A stretch of 64,000 nt of DNA, taken from Cloacimonetes bacterium UBA5210 (lineage in GTDB: Bacteria > Cloacimonadota > Cloacimonadia > Cloacimonadales > Cloacimonadaceae). The stretch is from contig DHVK01000012.1 in assembly GCA_002412625.1 (NCBI GenBank), positions 30,145 to 94,144 of the forward strand, given 5' to 3'. The position numbers and the translations under genes are program-made. The notes beneath the pieces were generated by a model. That model was not told the origin of the DNA and ran no database searches. It saw only the letters and a list, made by a program, of their open reading frames with translations. Positions 32,668 to 41,151 of this stretch are shown piece after piece (the first letter of the stretch is position 1; each line of letters starts with the position of its first letter).

Positions 32668-35588
32668 TTCTTGAATATGGGGCTGATCTTATCAAACAGC
32701 TCCGTAGCTTCTTTGATTTTCGCCTCGTTGCCCATGATGGCATAGTGGTTCTTTTCCATGATGACCTGAATCATTTCCGCATACTGGCGCAGGTCGGCCA
32801 GGGTGGTGCTTAGCACTTCATCGCGGATTTGCTGGCGATCGGCGTGGGTGAACCCGGTGATAAAGTCTCTGTCGGACTGTTCGCCCATCCCTTCCGGAGT
32901 CTTAGGATAATCCATGATCGAGACATCGCCCAGGATGTATTTATCCATCTCGCGTTTACTGCATTGGAAGTTGCGGATAAAATCCGGTACATTGTCATAC
33001 ACTTCCAGGCTTTCGCGCAGGTTTGGATCCCGATAGGAATAGAAATATTGATATCCGTCCAGAGTGAATCCCGCGCCACCGCCGTAAGCTCCGCCTTTCA
33101 CCCGCAATTCCTTGTAGAGAAATTCGTTACTCAGGATGTTCGAGAGCACGCGCAGCTTGCCGGAATAGGGGTATCCTTTGCGGAAGAAGTTGCCGCCCTT
33201 GGCCACGTATTGAATCTTGATCGGGGCAGCGATGCCTTCGTTGATCTGCCGGGTCACAAACTCCTGTGCCACAGGCTCAAACTCATCTGTGCTGAATTGT
33301 GATGCCAGTTCCGTGAGGCTCTCAAAGACTTGCGGAATCAGTTCTTCATTGGCGGTAATGCTCACGATGGATTTGTGGATGCTGAAGAAGTGCTCTTGCA
33401 CCCACTTCAGTTCTCCGATGATCTTTTCGATATCGCTATCCAGGTTTTGCGCAAGGTCACTCAGGAAGTTCAGATAGTCCAAGCCGCCCACTTTATCCTG
33501 AAGTTCATGATACTGCGAGAAGGGCGCGAACATCCGGTTGATGGCCACGCTCACGCCTCTGGAGATCACGGTTTCTTCCATGCCGGCTTTTAGTTCCCGA
33601 ATCAGGCTTTTCACCCGGGAACTATCTTCCAATTCCGGCTTCAGCGCGTATTCCGCGCAAAGCTCCATTAGGCTGGGCACCTTGTCTGCCACCGCTTTTC
33701 CGGTCAGAATCAATTTGGGCAGGATATCGTCCGGGGTCTGATAGCTGTTCATGATGTCCAGATACAGGCTAATCCCGCCGGTGTGGTTGCGGATCTCGTT
33801 ATAGAGTTCACCATAGCTGAAGTTCTGGCTGTTCACCTGTCCCAGCAATTGCGTATAGAGCTTGATCCAGGGCAGATCTTCACGGGAGGCATGGGCGAGA
33901 TCGAAGTAAACCTTCAGATACACAATGCCGTTTGTATGCACGGGGTGTTTCAGCAGGGTAAACTCTTTATAAACTTCCATTTCACAAGGCATAGGCTTGG
34001 TCTCGGGGTCCACATCGCTCAGGCTCAGCAGCGGGATTTTCAGGATATCTTCATCGCTATCCGGCTCTTCCTGCCACTTCTTCAGGTCGTGGTTAAATTC
34101 GATCAAAGCTTTGATCTGAGCAGGGCTCAGGCTCTTTTTATAGGCGTCCAGTTTGGCGCGGGTCGCGGCTTCCTGCTGAGCGATCAGCCCGGGCACCGGC
34201 TCGAAATGGATCTCGCTTTTGTGAGTGTTTTTCAGGCAGACCGCGTCCAGCAATTGCTCAAAGATCGGCTCTTCCAAGCCCCGCCGCAGTTCTTGCAGAT
34301 ATTCTTCAAAAGCCAGCATCTTCAAGGGGTCTCCGCCATGATTCCAGAGCCCCAGGCTGTGCAGGTTGTAAAACAAGCCTTTGGGGAAGCGCTGCATCTG
34401 AGCTTCGCGCAGGAAGAACTCCTTGAAGTTGATCACGGCTTCCATCATCTTTTTGTCAAAACCCTCTGTTACCAGGCGTTTCATCTCGGTTTCGATGATC
34501 AGGGAGAGCTTGCCCAGGTCTTCTTGTTTCACCTGTTTGCAGATAATGGTCATGGTGGGCTGCAAGATGTCGTTTTGCACAGAGATATGCGAATCCTTAC
34601 ACAGCCCGGATTCCCGTATCACGGTTTTCAACGGCGATGCCGGAGTGTACATCAAAAGCTCGCTGAGCAAGGACATCTTCACGTCCAGATAGGGGTCTGT
34701 GACCTTGCCGAAGCTGTAGTTCAGCGCCAGGTAATATTGGTCCGCGGGATCTGTATCATCCGCCAGGGGATACTGGTGAACCAGCTTGATGGCTTCGCTA
34801 AAGGGTTTCTGATAAGGCAATTCCAGCCGGATCCCGGGGTCTTCAAAGTCGGTCAGATATTCCTCATCAATCACCCGCAAAGTGGATTCTATATCCATGT
34901 CCCCATACAGCCAGATCTTGCTGTTGGAAGGGTGGTAATTTTTGGCATGAAACGCGGTGAATTTCTCCTGCGTTAGTTCCGGGATGGCTTCCGGGTCGCC
35001 GCCACTCTCAAAACCGTAGGGCGTGTCCGGAAACTGGGCGTGCATACAGAAGCGCCCGATGATGCTGTCCACGGAAGAAAAGGCGCCTTTCATTTCGTTA
35101 TAGACTACTCCGCGATAATTGATCTCGCCTTCTTCACTAAAGAGCTCGTAATGCCAGCCTTCTTGCTGCAGGATCTTGGGTTCTTCATAGATTCTGGGCT
35201 TTAGCACCGCGTCCAGATACACCCGCATCAGGTTCAAAAAATCCTTATCGTTTGTAGAGGCAACCGGATAGCTGGTCCAGTCCGAGGAAGTCATGGCGTT
35301 GATGAAGGTATTCAGGCTGCCCTTCACCAGCTCCATAAAGGTGCCTTTGGCAGGATAGTTTTTGCTGCCGTTCAGCACAGAGTGCTCCAGAATGTGCGGG
35401 CACCCCGTATCGTCTTCGGGAATGGTTTTGAAGGTGATGTTGAAGGCTTTGTTGTTGTCCGTACAAGCCATGTGGATCAGATCCGCTCCGCTTTTTTGGT
35501 GGCGATAGCGGTTGTAGGTGCAGTTCAGTTCGCGTATTTCCTGGCTTTGAACAAGTTCAAAACCGTGCAACAGCTTTGTTTTCTTCAT
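32664..35588 (-). CDS. M16C-family (PreP/insulinase-like) zinc metalloprotease
   Basis: 974 aa. Inverted zinc motif HILEHSVLNGS near the N-terminus. The length and architecture match presequence-protease-like M16C enzymes. Confidence 0.9.
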   Translation of the reverse strand: MKKTKLLHGFELVQSQEIRELNCTYNRYRHQKSGADLIHMACTDNNKAFNITFKTIPEDDTGCPHILEHSVLNGSKNYPAKGTFMELVKGSLNTFINAMTSSDWTSYPVASTNDKDFLNLMRVYLDAVLKPRIYEEPKILQQEGWHYELFSEEGEINYRGVVYNEMKGAFSSVDSIIGRFCMHAQFPDTPYGFESGGDPEAIPELTQEKFTAFHAKNYHPSNSKIWLYGDMDIESTLRVIDEEYLTDFEDPGIRLELPYQKPFSEAIKLVHQYPLADDTDPADQYYLALNYSFGKVTDPYLDVKMSLLSELLMYTPASPLKTVIRESGLCKDSHISVQNDILQPTMTIICKQVKQEDLGKLSLIIETEMKRLVTEGFDKKMMEAVINFKEFFLREAQMQRFPKGLFYNLHSLGLWNHGGDPLKMLAFEEYLQELRRGLEEPIFEQLLDAVCLKNTHKSEIHFEPVPGLIAQQEAATRAKLDAYKKSLSPAQIKALIEFNHDLKKWQEEPDSDEDILKIPLLSLSDVDPETKPMPCEMEVYKEFTLLKHPVHTNGIVYLKVYFDLAHASREDLPWIKLYTQLLGQVNSQNFSYGELYNEIRNHTGGISLYLDIMNSYQTPDDILPKLILTGKAVADKVPSLMELCAEYALKPELEDSSRVKSLIRELKAGMEETVISRGVSVAINRMFAPFSQYHELQDKVGGLDYLNFLSDLAQNLDSDIEKIIGELKWVQEHFFSIHKSIVSITANEELIPQVFESLTELASQFSTDEFEPVAQEFVTRQINEGIAAPIKIQYVAKGGNFFRKGYPYSGKLRVLSNILSNEFLYKELRVKGGAYGGGAGFTLDGYQYFYSYRDPNLRESLEVYDNVPDFIRNFQCSKREMDKYILGDVSIMDYPKTPEGMGEQSDRDFITGFTHADRQQIRDEVLSTTLADLRQYAEMIQVIMEKNHYAIMGNEAKIKEATELFDKISPIFKK

Positions 35589-35610
35589 TTTGTATTCCTT
35601 AGTTTCAATA

Positions 35611-36486
35611 TTAAATAATCTTGTATGCCTGCAAACCCTCGCGCAGAATTTCGCGGTTCTTATCCTGCAACCGGCAGATGGGTAAACGGAACTCAGCTTC
35701 GATCAGCCCCATCATGTGCAGAGCTTCTTTGGCGGGGATGGGATTGGTCTCGATAAACATCAGTTCGTTCAGTCTATCCATATAAAGGTGTTGAAGCTTG
35801 GCAGCGGCAAAATCCATATTCAAACACGCTGTGATGAGTTCGCTCATCAAGCGCGGGGCAACGTTTGCTGTGACCGAGACGCAGCCCTTGGCACCGATTG
35901 CCATCAACGGCATATTCAGGGCGTCTTCACCACTCATCAGGCTAAAGCCTTCCGGGGCATCGCGAATGATGCGCGTGGCCTGCACCAGATTGCCGCTGGC
36001 TTCTTTGATACCCACGATGTTTGGGCATTCTTTGGCCAGGCGCACTGTGGTCTCGGCTGCCATGTTCACTCCGGTGCGGCCGGGAACGTTGTAGATCACG
36101 ATGGGGATCTTCACCTTGGCAGCGATGCTCTTAAAATACTCATACATCCCGTTTTGAGTCGGCTTGATGTAATATGGAGTGATCACCAGGGCAGAATCCG
36201 CGCCCAGTTCCTCTGCCTTTTTGGTATTGGCAAGGCTCTGTAGATAGTTGTTTGTGCCGGTTCCGATCATCACCGGCACCTTGTCGCCAATTTTTTGCAG
36301 CGCGAAACGCAGCAGAGCGTCTTTTTCGTCGCTGGCAAGGGCGGCTGTTTCCGCCGTGGTGCCCAACAGCAGGATGCCGTGAGTGCCATTCTCCAGATGA
36401 AAAGTGATCAGGTTTTCCAGAGCGTTCCAATCCACGCTGCCATTTTTAAATGGCGTAACGAGAGCAACATAAGATCCTTGTAGCAT
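35611..36486 (-). CDS. dapA: 4-hydroxy-tetrahydrodipicolinate synthase
   Basis: GSYVALVTPF, LLGTTAETAAL, YNVPGRTG and IVGIKEASG motifs. GGAGG RBS precedes the ATG at 36486, so the track start at 36588 is an extension. Confidence 0.95.
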   Translation of the reverse strand: MLQGSYVALVTPFKNGSVDWNALENLITFHLENGTHGILLLGTTAETAALASDEKDALLRFALQKIGDKVPVMIGTGTNNYLQSLANTKKAEELGADSALVITPYYIKPTQNGMYEYFKSIAAKVKIPIVIYNVPGRTGVNMAAETTVRLAKECPNIVGIKEASGNLVQATRIIRDAPEGFSLMSGEDALNMPLMAIGAKGCVSVTANVAPRLMSELITACLNMDFAAAKLQHLYMDRLNELMFIETNPIPAKEALHMMGLIEAEFRLPICRLQDKNREILREGLQAYKII

Positions 36487-36637
36487 CTCTTCCTCCACAA
36501 CTGAAAGCAATATTTTCCCTCTTAATTTCCACATAATCACTGAAAACAGAGGTATTTCCAAACTATCCAAAGCGCAGGATTTCGTCAATATAAATCGCTG
36601 AACACCAAGAGCAGGCCGGATTTACTAAACTAAAACC

Positions 36638-36714
36638 AAGCTGAGTTTAAGCTGTGATCATCGGGTGAGCATAGGAGAATAACAGCACGAAATCAGCTTC
36701 AGTATGATTCGAGG
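36638..36714 (+). repeat. Dispersed structured intergenic repeat, copy E (last one before the foreign region)
   Basis: AAGCTGAGTTTAAGCTGTGATCATCGGGTGAGCATAGGAGAATAACAGCACGAAATCAGCTT..GTATGATTCGAGG. Confidence 0.75.
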
Positions 36715-37159
36715 ACATTAGCTTGGAACTTGGGGGGCTGGGCTTTCAGGACGAAATTCATTGCCTTCCGGATCTGTGATCCTTGCAATAAAGAGTAGAT
36801 CAAAGCCTGAATGCAAGCAGTGCTGTGCAACCTGAACAATGCCAGACTGGATGGAGATGAAAAGCTGATCGCCTTCTGCGAGAACGAACTTAGTAAACAT
36901 CAGTTACTACGCTACCGCGCCCTGCAAAAATTCTGCGCCAAACAACGGAAAAAATCACCCCGAACCTGCAGAATACATCTGCCAACACATTGTTATCCGC
37001 ATGAGATGCTATTGAAGCGAGATTCGCGTTAGTAGGAAGGGGTGAATAAATACCCAAAAAAATAAACAGATATCACTTAACTAGTGATTTTAGAACATAT
37101 AAGCAAGTATACAATGGTTTTTTGGGATGCCATACAAACTAGGTAATAAGGTATATTCT

Positions 37160-37636
37160 CTAATTGCGTTTAAAGATAGACAGAAGCCAACCAATTATGG
37201 TGTGCTTTTTATCATCTCTTTTGATAGGTGAGCAATGGGTTGCATTGATTTCTTTATGATTTTCTGTGTCATCACCATTGGCATTATAAGCATGGCTTCT
37301 AACAAATTCCTCTTGATTCCTACACTCGTTTATTTCTTCTTTTGACCATTGTTTTGCCCATATTACTTGATCATTGGTGATCCAATAGTGAGATTGACAT
37401 TCAAAACTCCAGTTTCCTACGGATGGAAATAATGATATCGTTCTACCATCATACGTCATTTTCCAGTCAATTGGAGAAAGCCGGGTAACAACTTCACCTC
37501 CGCATCCACAACAGCATTTATGAATGATTGTTGAATATTCAATAGAAATATATAGAATCCCATCTTGAATAATATCGGGAATACTATTTACGAATACATG
37601 TCTTAAGTACTTGTGCCTATTCACTTTTGTCTTCAT
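37160..37636 (-). CDS. Cys-rich small protein, DUF6527-like, third gene of the ubiquitination-like operon
   Basis: 158 aa. HKCCCGCGGEVVTRL ... FECQSHYWI looks like a zinc-ribbon Cys/His cluster. It overlaps the upstream E1-like gene by 20 nt. The DUF6527 assignment is from memory of the family and its usual neighbours. Confidence 0.6.
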   Translation of the reverse strand: MKTKVNRHKYLRHVFVNSIPDIIQDGILYISIEYSTIIHKCCCGCGGEVVTRLSPIDWKMTYDGRTISLFPSVGNWSFECQSHYWITNDQVIWAKQWSKEEINECRNQEEFVRSHAYNANGDDTENHKEINATHCSPIKRDDKKHTIIGWLLSIFKRN

Positions 37637-38795
37637 TTACCAAGGCGTTACCATTTAAACAATAAACACTAGAATGCTCATGAGTATCATCATAATAGTA
37701 ACCACAGATTTTTTTCCATTTAATTATTGCTAAAGCTGCACATAATGAATTTAATTCAGCGATTTGTATATCTGATTCGTAAACACCAATTTGTTGAAAA
37801 TCTGTCAATGGGATTCTAGATCTATGATGGTCGCTATATTCTGATGTACAAGTAGTTATTCTTATCAATGCACTAAGCATATCTGATTGCTTTGTTACGC
37901 CTAATCCTGTATCAATAAAGGGGATATGCAGTTCTATCAGTTTGTCTATTATCATTTTCTTTATCTCTGACTTATCGATGCAAATAAAAACGAAATTCAT
38001 TGCAGAAATGTCAATTATATTCTCATCATCAAGATAAACAGCATGTGATGTAATGTTTCGATGCATATTAGAGTATATTCTTTGGAAGTATGTAACTTTT
38101 TTTAGTCCAGCATTTAAATCATCACATGATGGAGCCCCAGGAGCTCGGAATGCATTATGTATAAAAAAGTCATCACCATCATATAGGTGTATTTCTTTCA
38201 CAGGAGTTTTGGCTACGAGATCAAGTATGTATGACCCTGTTCCTCCTAAACCAATAATTCCGATAAATTGATCTTGTAGCTTTTCAGCCAGATGACTAAT
38301 CCCATATATCGATGAAGCAGTATCATAATATTTAAATACGGATTCATTTTCCTCTGTTGCAACGCTTGGAAAGACACAAGGTGTTGCGGATGAATCCAAT
38401 AGACTAACTTGACTAAGCATGATGTTCACATAATTGGTCATCTTTTCATAATAATCTTTGAATTCGTTAGTAGGCCTAGCTGAAAACATATGATTTGATT
38501 TCACTCCTTGGGCTAGTTCTTGTTCAACACTTGAATGCTGAATTTGAAGAATAAGTGTACCGTCACTATTACAAGGAAATTCGCCTGCGAAGTAAACAAC
38601 ATGGTCTGGGGGTTTTGCGACTTTATCACCTTGTTGGGTAAAAGCCGATATTAGAGTTCCCCTTTTGACAATCTTTTCATGATTGAGATAAGGAATACTA
38701 CCTATTAGCAAGAAACCACTTTTAATTTTTAAGTCGTATCCCTCATCTCTTAGTCTTAACAGATCAGGACTATGATTTATTAGTTGCTGTGACAT
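37617..38795 (-). CDS. E1-like ThiF-family adenylyltransferase with N-terminal E2-like domain
   Basis: The C-terminal half carries the Rossmann/adenylation signature FIGIIGLGGTGSYILDL...IHLYDGDDFFIHNAFR. The N-terminal ~150 aa carry DHVVYFAGEFPCNSDG (His-x10-Cys, reminiscent of E2 HPN...Cys). It overlaps the Ubl gene by 26 nt. Confidence 0.75.
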   Translation of the reverse strand: MSQQLINHSPDLLRLRDEGYDLKIKSGFLLIGSIPYLNHEKIVKRGTLISAFTQQGDKVAKPPDHVVYFAGEFPCNSDGTLILQIQHSSVEQELAQGVKSNHMFSARPTNEFKDYYEKMTNYVNIMLSQVSLLDSSATPCVFPSVATEENESVFKYYDTASSIYGISHLAEKLQDQFIGIIGLGGTGSYILDLVAKTPVKEIHLYDGDDFFIHNAFRAPGAPSCDDLNAGLKKVTYFQRIYSNMHRNITSHAVYLDDENIIDISAMNFVFICIDKSEIKKMIIDKLIELHIPFIDTGLGVTKQSDMLSALIRITTCTSEYSDHHRSRIPLTDFQQIGVYESDIQIAELNSLCAALAIIKWKKICGYYYDDTHEHSSVYCLNGNALVNEDKSE

Positions 38796-39051
38796 CGAAG
38801 ATCATACCTTCTTTTACTCTTACAGATTGACCAGCAACCAAAGTGCCCTCAGGCTTATTTCCATGACCTCTGCGATATACCACAGTAAATAAATAATCTG
38901 GCCCTGTTGGTACTGGATCAAAAGCTAATTGAAGCACCTCAGGATACTCTAATTCCCGTGATGTAACAATTTTGGGGCGGCTGTTAACAATAATGTTGTA
39001 CTCATGATTGTTAGCTTTTTCTTCTTGTTCAGTTATCTTTTCATTGTCCAT
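38770..39051 (-). CDS. Single beta-grasp ubiquitin-like protein ('multiubiquitin'-type domain)
   Basis: 93 aa. YNIIVNSRPKIVTSRELEYPEVLQLAF...TLVAGQSVRVKEGMIFDVTATNKS matches my recollection of the prokaryotic Multiubiquitin domain pattern (I.VN......V......L.LA....G.L..G..V.V.DGM.F.V..T). It is the first gene of the coupled operon. Confidence 0.65.
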   Translation of the reverse strand: MDNEKITEQEEKANNHEYNIIVNSRPKIVTSRELEYPEVLQLAFDPVPTGPDYLFTVVYRRGHGNKPEGTLVAGQSVRVKEGMIFDVTATNKS

Positions 39052-39327
39052 TTTAAAAGACCTCCATGTCTTTATTTGTTCTAAGCACTATACATACACA
39101 GTATTGATGCTTTCTTGACAGTCAATTAATGTACACTATCTAGTTTCTTAAACACTCTTTTTATTCCTTTCAAGGAATCGAAACTTAAGAATACTATCCA
39201 TAGCATGGTTAAACTACTTTTATACGGTACTTTCTGTCAAGAATAATTTTGAGTATACAAATTCAAAAATCTTCCACACTAGGTCGAATATGCAAGTGTA
39301 CCAAGTGCATTTCGTTAGAACTATGCT

Positions 39328-40974
39328 CTAAAACTCTATCTCCCCTTGAAAGACTTTATTTTTCTTTATCTCCGGTTTCCTAAACGGGTCTATCGCAGTA
39401 TTAGGCAGATGCACAGGTATCGGATTGGCAAGCAGTTGTTCTGCGGTAACTATCTGGATGCGGGGTATCGAAAATGCTTGACTCATCTGAATTAGACGAT
39501 ATTCAAACTTACCTGCTTTCGCTGCTTCTTCGATCATGCCACGAGTTGGCTCTACCAGTGTTATCAGTATCCCAAAATCTGCATTCTGGCTTTCCACAGT
39601 TCCCTTGAGGTCTCGCACCATCGCGGGATTGATACTCTTTCCACCTTTTACGGAGATAATCCCTTTCCCCACACCGTTTTTCTTGCTGGAATCTATGAAG
39701 TTAATCACCCCATCCACCCCTTTATCACCTGTTTTTACCGTAGGTATGGCGTTTAGCTGGCTAACAGCCCACACTTCAAACTGGAAGGGATCTTTTTCTG
39801 CCAGTTTTGAGGCAGAGAGAAGGTCTTTAGGGGTGCCTTTCACCACAAAGTCCTTTCCTTCCATTATCTTATTCTTTTCGAAGCGTTTCTTGATTACGTC
39901 TATGGATAGATAGGTAATATCCACACCGATCCAATTTCGGTTTAGCCTTTCTGCCACAGCTACAGCCGTTCCACAACCGCAGAAGGGATCAAGGATTACG
40001 TCCCCTTCGTTGCTACCGGCTTTAATGATGCGCTCCAACAAGGCTTCAGGTTTCTGCGTAGGATAGCCTAAACGTTCCTCTTTAGGTGCTATTTTTATAT
40101 CTGTCCAAATATCTGGGCATTTATTACCTTCCATCTCATCTAAGTATCTTATATAGCGAGGGTTTCCACTCTTTGTGTGTAGTATTCGACCCTCTTTGTC
40201 TAATTGTTCCATCTTCTCAATATTATAGACAAAACACCTTGAGGCTGGTGGCGTATAACCCTTCCAAGAATAAACTTGCCCTTTGGATGCTCTTGACATT
40301 GGGGCAGTTAAATCTGTTGCTTGATATCTTCTTCCATTTTCATCTACGTGAGAATAGAAAGCATCTGTATATTCTTTATCATAATCCATAAATTGCTGAT
40401 TCCATTTCCAGTCATTGGTTTTGGAATAAAATAGAATTACGTCATGTATCCAACCAAATTTCTTCTGCACATTGCCTTTGGAATCTGTTCTTTTCCATAT
40501 AATTTCGTTCCTAAAGTTACTTGTCCCAAATACTGCATCCATCAGTAACTTAAGATAGTGGCTGGCAATGGGATCACAATGCAGATAGATACTCCCTGTA
40601 GGCTTCAATACCCGTTTCATTTCCATCAATCGGGGAGCCATCATGCACAGGTATGCCATCAGCGGACAAGCATCCAGATAGCTGCGCATTGCCTTCATCA
40701 AATCTATCAATTTCTGCGGAGGATGCGTTTTCGTTAAGGTGCCCATGATCAGGCTATTATATTCGTCTTCGGCTTTTTCGCCCCAAAGCCAAGTATCTTC
40801 AAATGTTTCTATCTGTGAAGTAGCGCCTTTCACGCCGTCTTTTTCGGGCTTGAAGATGATATTATAATTCCTTCCGCTTTGAAAGGGCGGATCCAGATAG
40901 ATCAAATCTACAGACTCATCTTTAATGTGCTCTTTCATGATGTCCAGATTATCACCATAGTACAATGTATTCAT
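39328..40974 (-). CDS. N6-adenine/N4-cytosine DNA methyltransferase (beta-class) fused to a C-terminal Mrr-like restriction-endonuclease domain
   Basis: Motif IV DPPFQSG lies near the N-terminus and AdoMet motif I VILDPFCGCGT lies later (beta-class order). The C-terminal ~150 aa carry FQFEVWAV...GDKGVDGVINF...GIISVKGGKS (D...x-K PD-(D/E)xK-like, Mrr_cat-like). Confidence 0.8.
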   Translation of the reverse strand: MNTLYYGDNLDIMKEHIKDESVDLIYLDPPFQSGRNYNIIFKPEKDGVKGATSQIETFEDTWLWGEKAEDEYNSLIMGTLTKTHPPQKLIDLMKAMRSYLDACPLMAYLCMMAPRLMEMKRVLKPTGSIYLHCDPIASHYLKLLMDAVFGTSNFRNEIIWKRTDSKGNVQKKFGWIHDVILFYSKTNDWKWNQQFMDYDKEYTDAFYSHVDENGRRYQATDLTAPMSRASKGQVYSWKGYTPPASRCFVYNIEKMEQLDKEGRILHTKSGNPRYIRYLDEMEGNKCPDIWTDIKIAPKEERLGYPTQKPEALLERIIKAGSNEGDVILDPFCGCGTAVAVAERLNRNWIGVDITYLSIDVIKKRFEKNKIMEGKDFVVKGTPKDLLSASKLAEKDPFQFEVWAVSQLNAIPTVKTGDKGVDGVINFIDSSKKNGVGKGIISVKGGKSINPAMVRDLKGTVESQNADFGILITLVEPTRGMIEEAAKAGKFEYRLIQMSQAFSIPRIQIVTAEQLLANPIPVHLPNTAIDPFRKPEIKKNKVFQGEIEF

Positions 40975-41151
40975 AGCAAAAGCTCCTTCATGTGCTTACC
41001 GATTACCTATGAAGCGTAGTAAATGTATCTCAGTATTCTTGTCAACAATTATATTCACCTCCTTCATAGCTATAATCCACCACTTTCCGGGGAGCAGAAT
41101 CCGGCATAAGTTCCGGACTTGGAGCGGGATTCACCAAGATGGTTCTCTTAC

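Noticed and set aside
33783-34976. 397-aa ORF on the + strand opposite the M16 protease gene
   Set aside because: It is a shadow ORF inside a well-supported 974-aa protease gene. It has no motifs and a skewed composition.
36718-37032. Short ORFs (60 aa minus, 73 aa plus) between repeat copy E and the island
   Set aside because: I recognised no motif, RBS or family. They overlap each other antisense. They may be relics of a disrupted gene, but I cannot support a call.
39113-39241. Inverted 8-mers CTTGACAG / CTGTCAAG in the intergenic region upstream of the Ubl operon, as divergent promoters or an operator
   Set aside because: By my rough estimate, an 8-bp inverted repeat in a ~280-bp AT-rich region is close to chance expectation. 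Neither TTGACA has a properly spaced -10 hexamer.
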